From positions 1 to 55,257 of the forward strand of contig CAJFCJ010000073.1 of the NCBI GenBank assembly GCA_904063045.1: a stretch of 55,257 nt of DNA, in the 5' to 3' direction. This DNA comes from Dimorphilus gyrociliatus. Taxonomy: Eukaryota > Animalia > Annelida. The notes below the pieces were generated by a model. That model was not told the origin of the DNA. It saw nothing but the letters and a program-made list of their open reading frames with translations, and did not search any database. Below are positions 13,551 through 26,449 of this stretch, in pieces (position 1 is the first letter of the stretch; every line of letters begins with the position of its first letter). Both the position numbers and the translations under genes were made by a program.

Positions 13551-13926
13551 ATCTTTGTTTTGTTCCTATTCATTAGGCAATAAACAGTGAATTTGTTGCA
13601 GTTAGCTATTTACAACTATTCAATGAGCTCATTAATTCACAATACACTGAATTTATACAATTGATGTGGTCATTCTCAAAAAATGGACAGTTTTGCCATT
13701 GGTTGTAGCTGAGCACTCTAATCCTCAATAAAATCTCTAATCCGTATCAATATTTGGAATGATATTCATTATTCAAAAGGTCAATAGTAGACAGAGACAC
13801 AGTAAAAAACAGACTTTTATTGTTAGTATTCAATAAGTCAGATGAATTATTCAAAAAAGTTGAGAGAAAACGTTATAATACGAAATTAGTTACTTTGTAA
13901 AGAGCTTTGCCTTAACATTTCTTTTA

Positions 13927-16184
13927 ATGATGTTTTATATTTTTCAGTTGTTGTGTTTGTTATCTTTTTTTCTCGGAGATATCAAAGCAAGTAAGTTATA
14001 CTTGTACTAGTTTGCATTTTTCTCAACATGATTTGTACTCAGTATTTAAAGATATGCTAAAAATTATCAGTTTTATCTCTCTTTCAATGTTAAATATAAT
14101 AACACATAATTAGCGAAGATAATAATGCAATTTTTAATTACTAACAGACGGAAAATTGATTAATGTTGCTGACAAATTAATGGGTTCCAAGTGTTTTGTT
14201 AATTCAGTTAAACCAGCTTTGAAAGGACTGGATTTTGAATGCGATAATGTACTTTCTCCAAATTGGATCAATACCAATTCTTGGATAACAAATTGCAATC
14301 CAAGTTGTTTATCAGAAGAGCTAACAATTACTTTTAAAACAGCTTATGATGTTATGGAAATCTGTATTTCACAACCTTTTATATCGCTTGCAAACAAAGT
14401 ACCAGATGTTGAAATTACTTGGAATGACCAACAATCATATGAGATAAAACTTGATCCAACTGCGTTAATTCAATGTTTTCTTCCCAAATTAAATTACGGG
14501 AAACAAATACAAAACATGACCTTTATTACGGTTCATACTGGTAATTCTATTGAAACTGGTTTTAGTTCATTAATGATATATGCCTATGATGATGGTTACG
14601 ATTAATAAATATATTAGTATTATTTTTATATTACTAATTATATTCTTTATCTCATATGATAGATAAACTAGAAAATGCAAAGAGTGCAGAGTTTTTGACA
14701 GATATATCTTCAATAGAAAACGGAGCAACATGCAGAGCAAAAACTGAATATAGTAATCTTTGGGCGTGCCATCTGGCATTGGATTTCATAAGTAGCTTAC
14801 TGGTGGCTCACCAAGAGTGGTCTTCTCGCTGCAATAATGGAGACTGTATTGGACAATTTATTGATGTTACTTTTAAGATATACGATACGCCAGTTATTTT
14901 TTGCCTGACAAACAGGTGAGATAAATAAAACAAAAATCATTAATTTAGCTTTTTTTTACCTGTTTTTTTTACATAATAGGCAATCTTATACACAGTTTAT
15001 AACAAAAGCCTCAGCAAAATGGTCATCTGGCTTGATTAGAACTCACGATTTAGGAAAAGTATACACTCGATTTTGTTATAACTATTCAAGTGGATTTGTA
15101 GAAACAGGAGTTAGAGTTTCAGTAGTGGAAAAAAAGGGTACCCATAGTCTTGGATTTGGTCAACTTCAAGTCTTTGTTAAAAGTATGCTGTCTATGAATA
15201 AAATACTTAATTATTTTAGTTGTAAATTTCATTTCTGTCCTAAAATTAGATTCAGCTGAAAAAGTTTATGCTCTACAAGGCACATCTGATTTTGTTTACA
15301 ATCTTCCATCATATATTCATAATAACTTTAAAGCATTCAGCTTTAGTTTATATGGAAACAACAAAACTTCTGGGGACAACTGTGGAGATATTTATATTAC
15401 ATTCTCTTTTAATCAGACCAGCGTTTTTAAGATTTTTATATCAAATATCGTAAAGAGTCATATTGTAATTGTTGATCCTTTTGCTAAAGTTTATGACTCA
15501 ATTATCCAACAATATATCAAATGTAATGAGTGGAACGATTTTTGGATAACGACAACTAATGGTAAAATTCAATTTGGCAAAGGCTTATTATACAACAATA
15601 ACATAAAAATAAGTACTCAATTAGAGATAAATAGAATATCTCAATTAGTATGGAGGAATACAAATTCTAGTATTGATCATAATCTCAAAATTAATGATAT
15701 AGGTATAATTAAATAAAAAATAATTTTTCATATAAAACATCATTTATTTAACGTAATAAAATCAATAACAGATGGAAGAACAATTCATCTACATATAAAA
15801 GAAAATTGTACAAAGAAACAGCATGAATATCTAAATGATAAATTAATATCAACTTGTGTAGCCTTGTCAAAACTTTCAAACGTAATATACACATCAACTT
15901 TAAATGGTAAAACATACCGTTCAACGGAAATACCAGAAATAGTTTTAAAATTCAACAAAACTATGGAAAATTTTTTCAATATTCAAGTATTTTATGAAAA
16001 TATGTATGAAGATAATTTTTTTGGAATTTGTTCATTAAAATCTTCTTTTCTCAGTGATAATAATTATCATAAGTATGTATTCTCTTGTGATGAGTTTAAT
16101 AGTATTTTAACCAATTTATATTGTGTTATTAACTTTAATGAATTACCTCACAACCCTGCTGAGATATGTTACATAAGTTATTAA
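13927..16184 (+). CDS. Secreted multidomain lectin-like protein (2 x F5/8C/galactose-binding-like, FAMeT-like, C-terminal Cys module), paralog A
   Basis: Signal peptide MMFYIFQLLCLLSFFLGDIKA then gtaag. ORFs 14156-14605 and 14656-14919 are NVA...C....W...C discoidin-like. CNEWNDFWITTTNGKIQFGKG at ~15460-15590 is FAMeT-like. Terminal ORF 15864-16184. Confidence 0.75.
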
Positions 16185-17001
16185 AGGAAAGAACGTATCT
16201 AATAGACTAACAGACTTTACAGCGAATGAGGGTCAGGGTGAAATTTATGTTATTAATAATAATGAATACAGTTTCTGATCATTCTGTCCAACTAAACAAT
16301 TTAACAAGTAGGGAAGTTAGTTTGGAATAGCGGGGAATATGAAATAACGACATTCTACTGATTGATTGAAATGAAATTAAACGCCATCTGTTGTCATATT
16401 AATAGATTTATAGATGAGAAAACTTCAACTCGTTTACATTTTACGCTAATACTAACCAATCAGTCAACACTCATTTTTCCAATTGCAGTTTAACCCTTAG
16501 TGAATCCCAAGCCTCAGTCTTAATATGATGAAATACAGCTATATTAGCCAAAATTTCAATATTCCTAACCCTTCAATAACTCAATGGACATTTGAAAAAT
16601 TGATTATTATGATGAAACTCAATAATTCTAGTTGAACAATGTCAGAAAAAATAGTATAATGAATTAGTTTTTACTGTAATTCTCTTTGTAACTTAGCTTT
16701 AACTCGTTTTTGTCCATCCCATTCCATTATTCTGAATTTTTATTTACTAGAGCTTAGTTGACAAGAGATCTTGAAAAAAGCCTTACATCAATTAATCAAT
16801 CTTTAAGTTCATCATTTAAAGAATGAGTGAAATATTGAAGAGAGATATATTGAATACTGCAATAAAATAAATCTTTAGATTTATTTTCTAGAAAGAATAA
16901 AATAGAAATCAGCAAATAAACTACAAAAGCATTCAACAATTCAATAATTCAATATTTCTATATATGTATATATTAGTATATATAAATCTAATTTCAACTA
17001 T

Positions 17002-19176
17002 ATGAAAGATATGGAGAAAATGTTTGTTATTTTCGCTCTGTTTTTCCTACTAGTTCAAAATTGTGTGCTGATCACAATTCCATCTGGTAAAATTAAATTA
17101 AATAAATTTCAAGTTTATAAAGCTTCGTTCTTTTTTCATAGATGGCAAATTAATAAATATTGCCAGCAAAAGTAATGGAGCAACTTGTACAGCTTCAAGT
17201 GTATATACTACATCAATTGATCAGAAATGCGATTATGCGCTAGAGCCTTTCTGGATTAATCACAATGACTGGGCAGCAACATGTTCATCAAACTTAGATT
17301 GTAAAGCATCATGGATAAAGATCATTTTTAAGAAAGCTTATGATGTAATACAAGTGTGTGTTGTTCAAAGAGTAGTTGCACCCGCTAATTTACTAAGAAA
17401 GATTGAAATTAAAATTGGCAACAATCCAATAAAGATATACAATGTAAATCTTATTGAAACTTGCTTACTACTTGAAGATGGAATTGGATCTAGCGCATCT
17501 GAAATAGAACTTGAGCCTAAAGAATTTATGAGTGCAAGTTCAATAAATACAGGATTCAATTCTATCAGTGTTTTTGCATACGAAGAAGGTTCATTTACAT
17601 TTATATATAACCGTATTTAACAAATTTTTCCACTTCTAGATTCCTCTGTCGAGAAGGGAAGTGATATATTTGTAAACATAGCCGATTACGATTTGGGAGC
17701 AACTTCTACTTGTTCGTCCGAACAGAATAGTTTGAAGTGTCCATACGCGCTTAGTAGAGTATTCTCAAAGTCTTGGGTTGCAACGTGTCAAATAGGAGGA
17801 GCAAGTTGTATTGGTCAATATATTGAAGTAACATTTATGCACTTGGCGCAACCTAAAATGTTCTGTTTGTCAAATAGGTCAATAGAAATTTACCTTTCGT
17901 ATAAAAAAAGGACTTTATCAATTTTTCTGTCTACAACAACAGATATGATCATGTTTACAAGATTTTAACTGCCAAAGTAGAATGGAGTTCAGGTTTTAAT
18001 GAGACAATATCCCTTCCTAACGATAATAACAGACACTGTTTCAAATATTCAAATGCTCCCGTACTAGAATCAGGATTTAAAATTATTGCCAAAACTTCAT
18101 CGCATCCGAAAGATATAGGATTTCAATATATTAATGTCTTTGCAAAGAGTAAAAGGCTTAAATTATTGAAATTATCCATATGTTTTGTTATTTTTTTTTA
18201 ATTTCCAAATTTAGAGATGGATGAAAGAGTTTTTACTATTCAATCAAATACTGATTCAATTTATCACATACCACCTCATCTTAATCGGAATTTTAGGGCA
18301 ATGAGACTTAAATTTAAGGGAGAAGATCAAGGAGAAGCTTACGATTGTTCCTCCTTAATAATCAGTTTCAAGAGCAAATTGTCAATCCAGTTCATTTTAA
18401 AGCTAGATGAAATTATTGGTAATAGCAAGATTTCTTCAATTCATCTTACAGGCCCCGCTATAATTTCTAAAGTTCTAACGAATTCTGAACCATTAATTAG
18501 CTGTACTAAATGGAATGAATTGTGGATAGAATTGTCAACAACTGATGTAAAAGTTGGCTTGGGTAAAACTTATGGCAGTTCTATATTGGCAGTTGTCGAA
18601 TCAAGTTTCTGTCTCGAAATTACACAAATTCTATTTAAAAACGGCAATGGATATAATATTAAAAATCATATTCAAATATCTGATAAAGGTATACAATTTT
18701 TTAATATCTCTCACCGATCCACCTTTCTACTTGTAAATATAACAATTGCAGAAGGAAGTACTCTAGCAGATAACACTAATGACTGCCATATAAATCCCTA
18801 CTATGAAACACTTGATAAATCAATTCTTACATGCGTAGCTCTGGCGAAGAGAAATAATATTTTAGAGTATAAGTTGACAAATGGAAATGGGACGATAACT
18901 AATTATACCTTTAATGAAATAATCTTCAAGAAAACTGCTCCATTATCAGGAAATATTAATGTTTATTTTTTCTTCAAGACTAATAACATTGAAACTGGAA
19001 GTAGAAGAATGTGTAAAGCAAAACCAATGCTTGATAAAAGTTCATTTTTGCATTTCGAATTTGAGTGCCATGTAGATGAAAATCTCAATTTGAATAGCTT
19101 ATTTGTCAGTATAAACATAGATGATTTAACGGATGTTAAGAAATTATTTCTCTGCGAAGTTTTCATACAGAATTAG
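17002..19176 (+). CDS. Secreted F5/8C-like plus FAMeT-like protein, tandem paralog B
   Basis: Signal exon MKDMEKMFVIFALFFLLVQNCVL. Exon LINIASKSNGATCTASS..DWAATC at 17140-17620. Second domain 17693-17968. CTKWNELWIELSTTDVKVGLG and C-terminal LCEVFIQN in 18217-19176. Confidence 0.8.
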
Positions 19177-19952
19177 CAGAAATACTCTAATGACATGAGA
19201 AAATACAGTTTGTTTAAATATTGATATATTTGATTATATTGCAGGTGATTTCCTACTAATTTAAATAAAAGTATCCATCATTGAAGAATTACTGTAAATG
19301 GTAAATGGTATTTTAGTTAACTTTGAAGAGAATATGTTAAGCAACTAAAAACACTTTTAGATGAATTCTGAAAGGAAATCTCAAGTCACTAAATTTTCAA
19401 CAATTTTCAAACTGGCACAAAATATATTTCATATAACTCTTTTAACAATACAGCTAGCTAAAAAGTACAAACAAAATGGCCAAGTTGCAATAATACTCTG
19501 CTTAATCTCTAAAGAATCTCTATATAATGTTTAGCATAAACTGTTTGCCTGTATTCCATAGATTAAAAATCAATCCTGTCTAGCTGTTTCTCTGTTACAA
19601 AATTGCTTCCATTCAAAATTGGGCAACTCTGGAAAAAGTCATTGAGTACATTCTAGTTGTGAACAATATACAAACGCCTAACTAGTTTTATTTATACAAC
19701 TCTTCAAAACACTTCTCCTTTGTCACAGTGTTCATTAGAAAATAGTTTAAAGCCCTTATTCAACATTCTTTTATCAACAAGAGTTAAAAAAAGGCCTATG
19801 CTCATAATGAACTTTCTTCACTGAAGCATACAAGAGATATTTGTTTATACATTATTGATATAGGCCTAAATAAGGAAGATAAAAGTTAGGTTTCTTGAAG
19901 ATAAATCGGTATATTCAGTTATCAAAGTTTTATTAAAATTTATTTCCCAACA

Positions 19953-20830
19953 TTAAAATATTAAAATATTCGATAAAATAAAAAAGAAAATTGTAGTTGT
20001 TAGCAGAGCTCTATAAGAGTTTCCACTGCTTGGATAAACCACTTTATTGTTACATTCACCACTTTGACAATAGCATTCCGATGTACCCTCTCCATTCACA
20101 GTTCTCGTTGCACAAGATGTTTTTGATTCAGCACTACATTCTCTTGTTACTGTTACTTTACCTGTAAAACATAAATTTCATATATATAAAACCAAACAAA
20201 TATGATTAAACATAAATCAGCCAAACCATTTAATTTCTCGATAAAAGTTCTACAACTATTGGCATTTTCACATGAATTTGTAGATTTAAAATTTTGAAAA
20301 CAATTTGAATCTGTTGAACTGTCACACTTATGGCAAGTCAAACCTTAAAGGATAAAGTAAAGTGTACAAATTTTAAAAAAATAATTCTTCTTAAAAGAAC
20401 AACTTTTTACCATTTCTAACTAGTTCATTATTACATTTGTCTTTTTGGCAGCTGCACATATAAGTAGAAACATCTGCTATTTTTGTCAGTTCACAACCAG
20501 TCTTGATATCACTATTACAATATCTGGTTACTGTAGTAATACCTGCAAATAATCGGAATCTGTGTCTGAAAAAAATAACAATATTTGAAGATATTGTTCG
20601 TACCGTTTTCAGTTACTCTTTTAAATGTACAACTTTTAGCATTATCACAGGTTGGAAGACTGTCAAGATTTTTTAAACAATCAACACTTGAACTTGAATT
20701 ACTATGGCAATCATAGCATTGAATGCCTGATGATAAAAAGCAATTTATCAATTAATGACAACTCAAAATGAGAAATATACATCACCATAGGATATTGATA
20801 AAATGCTGGCAAAGAGAAAAAGTTGATAAA
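19953..20830 (-). CDS. GPI-anchored two-domain LU/three-finger (Ly6/uPAR, Quiver-like) protein
   Basis: GIQCYDCHSNSSSSVDC..CDNAKSC (20515-20751) and TCHKCDSSTDSNC..CENANSC (20153-20341). Last exon CYCQSGECNN followed by hydrophobic tail ALLTTTIFFFILSNILIF*. Start codon uncertain. Confidence 0.75.
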
Positions 20831-21159
20831 GCATACTAATATTTTTGAGTCCTTTCATTTTGGAAGTATTGGATCAAACTATAGGTTTTCGATATAGAGG
20901 CCATCTTTTTATCTGCAAAAACATGAATGGCACACAAATTTCGCTTTCAATAAACTTTTACAATCGAATAGGCCAAGTTACATTCAATAAATCTTAACTT
21001 TATTTAGGTCGACATTTGAAATAACATTAACTGGTTTTTAAGTTATTTTTCTTCCCGAATGAGAAGTATAGAAAATGGTATTTGTTGCAGCTATTTTTAA
21101 CAAAAATTAATAACAAATTTTCATATCTTCTCTTATTTTCTAACTTTATGTTACAGCAT

Positions 21160-21760
21160 TTTCTAAGCTTTTTACGTGCCTGGATGTTTATCAAGAAGAA
21201 AAAGCTATTGGACTTGTAACTAAGGCTGCACTTTTTTCTGTCATTATGTGATTATTGTATTGTAATATTAACTTCCCTAAATTATTAATAATGTCGATTT
21301 CGTTTCAATTTATTTGTGCTTAAATCGTTTCTCTGACACCATTTTGTTGCATTCGTTCCTTTTATATTTACCTTGGGTTGTGTTTGTGTCGCTTAACTGG
21401 GTGCTTGACTGTGGTGCCATATCTGCACCACTTCTTCAGTTTTACTTAACTTGTGACGCAATATCAAGTCAAACCGATCGATAATGATATGAACCCGAGT
21501 TACCTATCCTCAACACATGATAATCACTTACTCCTTCTCTCTCATATACATTCACACTGGCTCATACTGGCACACAACATAGCAAACAAGTTTTATTTTG
21601 TTCATCATATACTGTATGCCTCAGTTTGTAATGTTGAGGAATGTCTGAAATTGTGTGCAAAACATTCAACTTGTATGACTGTGGCAATCAGAAATGGTCA
21701 GATATAATGCCTTAAAAGTAAATGAACCCTTTCTCCATCTGTGAACATGACCCGCTATTT
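21160..21760 (+). pseudogene. Probable PAN/Apple-domain gene remnant interrupted by an LTR-like repeat
   Basis: CNVEECLKLCAKHSTCMTVAIRNGQI*CLK at ~21627-21720 contains an in-frame stop; the repeat at 21292-21588 sits just upstream. Confidence 0.4.
21292..21588 (-). mobile_element. LTR-like repeat, copy 2
   Basis: Minus strand runs TGTTTGC...AATAAA...CGACA with an internal TATAAAAGG. Homologous to 13363-13550 and to 22285-22378 plus 23966-24120. Confidence 0.6.
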
Positions 21761-22378
21761 TAAGATGATGAATAATAGATTAAGTTGTTATATTAGAGAT
21801 ATAAGTACTTCAATTGATGAAACATTTACAATAGATGAAAAATAAGATTCAATAGCCGTAGCAACATTGAAAAGCAAGCCATTAATATTCCCCTCAAATG
21901 CAATACATTTTAAAGTACTTATTGCTGTTTTTAATAAGAGATATTTTAAAAATAGATATAATTTTCAGACATCAAATATAAAGTTAATAAATTAAAATTT
22001 TGGAGTAACAACTTGTTTCATCGGCAAACTAATTAAAGATGAAATGGATAATTCAACAAAATTTTAAAATGATGATAATCCTATCTGAAAGAAACAAAAT
22101 TTATTAGCTGTGTTGATGAGTCATCATAATATGTGTGTGTGTGTTTGTGTACGATGGAACAAAGATGGACAAGTCAGTTTCATATTATCGCAAGTCTTGT
22201 TTTTTGAGAAGAGAATTTATATCAGACAAGTAACTTATTTATATATGTTTTAACAGATTATCAGATTAATGCCACTGAACAGAACGTTTGTGTGTTATGT
22301 GTCAGTATAAGTCAGCGAATGGATGAGAGAATGATTGTGTGTCAGGACGAAGGTGTTTAACTCAGTCTCTCTGAGCTA

Positions 22379-23965
22379 CAGTCCCGATAAAAAGTCTCGG
22401 CCAGGGTTGTTCTCAGAGCGGAAAAAGTGAATTATTTAACTAACAGGACTTGCTTAATTATCTTTTTTTTGTTTAGAGTGAAGGATAAGACATTTATACA
22501 ACCGAATTTATAAATAGAATTCATTAAAAAATTTTTCCTGCTTTACAGTATTTTTTATTTGAAAATTTTTAAAAACAAGGAGAAAAAATTTCGGCCATGC
22601 TTCCAAAAAACTTATCAAATGTCAATTTTAAACTAATAGTTTATTGTGTAACCTTTTTTTTGGATAACTAGTCGACACCTTTTTTTGATTGATCTGTATA
22701 GATTTTTTATGTAGTCCCCAGAAATGGAAAAAAATTCATCTTTTATAAGTATCTTCAAATCATTCAAATTTTTGGGTAATTTTTCATAAACCCTCTTTTT
22801 AAGCACTGCCCAAAGGTTTTCTATTATATTGATATCAGGACTTTGGGCAGGCCAATCTTTTATAAATTTTATTTTATTTTTTCTGAGGCATGTTTTAGAA
22901 ATTTTCGAGGTATGGCATCTTGCCCCATCCTGCTGAAATGTGTTTTGTCTAGTGTATATAGGCAATAGATGATCTTTTAGAATCTCTATGTATTGCTGTG
23001 AATCCATGGATTCGTCACAAAATGCAAGAGCTCTGGAACCATCATATTTTATAGCTCCCCAAATCATTACCTTGCAGTTCTTTGCTTTAAAGCTCTTTCT
23101 GCAATATTGTGGTAGATGTTTATCTCCTGTTTTGCATCTGACTCTTGTCTTTTGCTTTGGGTACAGCTCCAAAGTTGATTCGTCCGAAAATATGTAGCTT
23201 TCTGTCTCCTCCTCAGTTTTTTTAAGAATTTTTTTGGCAAAGAGAATTCTCTTCTTTCGGTTACCTGAGTTAGTCAATGGTTTCACCTTTGCCACATAGC
23301 TCTTTACCCCGTAATTATAAAGGATCTTCTTAGCAGAAGATAAACTTACCTTACCTGCCATACTCCACTCATTGCCTGTCTGGCAGAAAAAAATGGGTTT
23401 TTTTTTTAATTATAATAAGATTCCTCTTATCTGATTCGCATATCTTTCTTGGACGACCAGATCTTGGTTTGTCTTCCATTGAAGAACATTCTTTTGCCTT
23501 TTTTAGGTTGTATCTCACACTTGTACGAGGAATATTTAGCTCTTTCGATATTTTGACCTGGCTTAGCCCTCTTTTACTTAATTCTACAATTTTCTGTCTC
23601 ATTTCAAGACTTATCCTGCCCATTTTTTAATTTTTTATTGTTCTGTTGTTCTCTGATTGTGTAACACTACTCAGGAAATGTCATAGAAAAATATTAATGG
23701 GGTTTTTGTCTGATAATTATCTATTTTTTGGGCAGGAACAGGGAACATGGCCGAAATTTTCTCTCCTTGTTTTTGAAAATTTTCAAATAAAAAATACTGT
23801 AAAGCAGGAAAAATTTTTTAATGAATTCTATTTATAAATTTGGTTGTATATATGTCTTATCCTTCATTCTAAACAAAAAAAGATAATTAAGCAAGTCCTG
23901 TTAGTTAAATAATTCACTTTTTCCACTCTGAGAACAACCCTGGCCGAGACTTTTTATCGGGACTG
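22379..23965 (-). mobile_element. Tc1/mariner transposon, near intact, ~220-bp TIRs, TA target duplication
   Basis: TA|CAGTCCCGATAAAAAG at 22377 and CTTTTTATCGGGACTG|TA ending at 23967. TIRs 22379-22599 and 23746-23965 differ at only a handful of positions. Encloses a transposase. Confidence 0.97.
22633..23623 (-). CDS. Tc1-family transposase, split by frameshifts at ~23370-23407; DD35E spacing
   Basis: N-terminal HTH with RSGRPRK (23369-23623). Catalytic region IFSDES...FQQDGARCHT...WPAQSPDINIIENLW (22633-23361). Confidence 0.93.
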
Positions 23966-24490
23966 TATATCTCAGGTCATAAATATCGAAAAAAACTACT
24001 GATGAGCACAGTCAAATACCCAAGTAAGCGACGCTAGCGAGGTATAACAGGGAGTGAATGTAACAGAATGGCATGAGAGAACAGAGAGCATCATAAATAT
24101 AACTTGACACGAAATTATTAAGCAATACAATAAATTCGTGGTACAAGGAAATAAAACGTCTTGTAAAGCCATATTTGATAGGAATTTGAAGACTTTTTTC
24201 ATTGAAAGTATCTTGTTTATTTAGACAAGATCTAATTGGAAAGCAAATATTGAATAATATACTAATATATTTAACACTAATTGTGTCCAAAAACAAGCTC
24301 ATAGAATTGACCAACTGTTACTTATAGATTAGTTAATGATTCAATACATTTTTTTCTTTTGGATGTCAATATACTTTTTCTTTTGATGGTTGTAATTTCT
24401 CATAAACTGCAATCAACTCAGCTTCATTCTTAAGCTCATTAACCATATGTTAAAAGACAATTTTCTATTGCTTAACATGTGTATTATTAT

Positions 24491-25804
24491 TTACTCTATA
24501 TTGAGTTTCCTAAAATGTTGAAGAGGTTCGGCCGCCTTCTTCTTACTTTCATCATAGAAAAGATTATCAGAATTTGTTCTATCCAGAATGATATCTCTCA
24601 TTTTGTATACTCGATCGGCTGTTTGGGCTTGGAAAAATAATAAAAAGTTGATTGTTAATAATAAGAGAGAGATAAATACTCTATACCTGCAATTTCTGAA
24701 AGACTTCCGGCTCTAGGTCCATCGTAGTCATCCGGTAGGAATTCATTAGGTAGCATTCTCTTGGGAAAATATTTGTAAAGCGACTCAAGCGTTTCGTGTA
24801 CTCGCAACTATTGAAGAAGGCGAAGCAAAGAAAGAATAATTGGAGCAGGTATTGTTTAAAAACTAACCCTCTCCTTATGTTTCTGCTTCATGAAGGGTTT
24901 ATACATCGCAAATATAGTTTCAAAGAGACCGCCAACGTTATAGTAATGGAAACCTTTTATCCGTCCAACTTGAGCATTCTAGATATTGTAACCATATTCT
25001 AGATATTGTTTGAACGCCAAATTTAAATATACCTGACTTTCTTTATTATACTTGAGAGAATCAGGATCATTAAACATTGACATCATTTTAAGGCTGATAC
25101 CAGTCATGTCGAATATCATAACTATACCATTAACTTGAAACATTTCATCTTCCATGATGGATACAAAAATCAAATTCATGACTTTCATAAATTCAAAAAA
25201 GCTATATTTTTTCTTTATCTCCTCAAAGGGTATTGCGTCTAGGTTTAAAAGTTTAATTAGACAAGACAAAATGATTAACATTTTAGATATGCATACTTAG
25301 TTTATAAAAAAACACTACTCTACCATCGTCGTCGTATCCAGGCAACATCATCAGTTGTCTATTAGACGGAAAGAGAGTTTTGTTAATAGTAAAAGAATGT
25401 TTATAAATCAATTTAAGGGGTTGCTTTACCCTTTTCTAATCACTTCTTGAACAGTTTTAGAATGACTGTCCAAGTTGCTAATGCAATTTTTATTCTTATA
25501 AAAGAACTTGGTTACATTCTCAATCGTCTCTCTTGCTTTAGCTTGACTGTATTTACTGTGCCTTAAAATTCTAATTAAGTTAATTGTTCCTATAAGATAA
25601 AAGACCATGTATTAATCAACATTTAATAAGATGAAATTCTTCAATACACCGACTTGTATCAAATTTAAAGTGTTTTTGCTCATTAACCCAGTCTCTTAAA
25701 GCTTGAACAGCTGATAATCTATCACTAGGTATTTCGTTTAATTCATCTTTTGCTTTCTTAATGTACTTTTCTTCCAAAGTGCAAACATAGCTTTCCTCCG
25801 CCAT
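24491..25804 (-). CDS. CRAL-TRIO lipid-binding protein (alpha-tocopherol-transfer/clavesin-like), paralog 1
   Basis: YVCTLEEKYIKKAKDELNEIP; LIRILRHSKYS; EMFQVNGIVMIFDMTG; KRMLPNEFLPDDYDGP; ends EPLQHFRKLNIE*. Short introns; TATA-like element ~45 bp upstream. Confidence 0.93.
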
Positions 25805-26249
25805 GATTTCTTGTCAGGTCACTTGTTATCGTTCACGTTTCTTAATATATATAGGTGGCGCTAAATTCAAAATGAAGTTGGTTTTCTTCAAAAATTTCTA
25901 AATTTGTCGATTAGTAATCTCAAATGATATAAATGACTACTGATTAAATGATAAATATATTGCACAATATTCCCCAAGAATTTTATAACAAATGCTTTTA
26001 GTATAAAGTTAAAGATGAGTCATTATCTCTAATCAAACACTGATAAGCTGTATGTCGCAATATATAAATTATGTATATAAAGTGCTGATAACCTGTTTTT
26101 AGAGGCTTCTCTACTTTCTATAATTGATAAGAATTTTGATAAATAGTTATAAAGTAAAAGCCTAAAATACCCACACAGAATACATTCCAGCATAAAGATT
26201 TGGGTATGTAAGTCTGAATTTTTGTTAATAAGTTGGTAGGAGCATTTTT

Positions 26250-26408
26250 TAATTGAAAAATGGTTAGGCAGAAGAAAATAGCAACTGATTTGAACTTAGG
26301 AGGGTCTCCTCTAAGGGTTAGGGCTAATGGAAAAGGGTAGGTACAGCTAAGGGCTGGGTTAGGGTTAGGGTAAAAGCACCAATTTGTGGACGTTTTCTGT
26401 CGCATCTG
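26250..26408 (-). mobile_element. Telomere-repeat-bearing MITE copy (one terminus atypical)
   Basis: GGGCTGGGTTAGGGTTAGGG at 26351-26370 and ATTTGTGGACGTTTTCTGTCGCATC at 26382-26406; closely similar to 32826-33033. Confidence 0.85.
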
Positions 26409-26449
26409 CAAACTATTTATCCATGTGGTCAAAATATCTTCAGTCGATT

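Larger units (their letters stand above)
22285..24120 (+). mobile_element. LTR-like repeat, copy 3, split by the Tc1 insertion
   Basis: Left half TGTGTTATGTGTCAGTATAAGTCAGCGAATGGATGAGAGA and right half CACAGTCAAATACCCAAGTAAGCGAC..TATAACAGGGAGTGAATGTAACAGAATGG match successive parts of the reverse complement of 21292-21588. Confidence 0.6.

Noticed and set aside
13358-13555. ATTTT/ATCTT as a definite 5-bp TSD of a solo LTR
   Set aside because: Imperfect and AT-rich, and it conflicts with the possible integrase relic directly adjacent; kept only as weak support.
21453-21707. 84-aa ORF as an intact gene
   Set aside because: Chimeric: the first half is LTR-like repeat and the second half a PAN remnant followed by a stop.
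26118-26432. ORFs 26118-26432, 47028-47228 and 47083-47313
   Set aside because: They are read through MITE sequence (PNPNP and LGL runs come from the telomere-like repeats).
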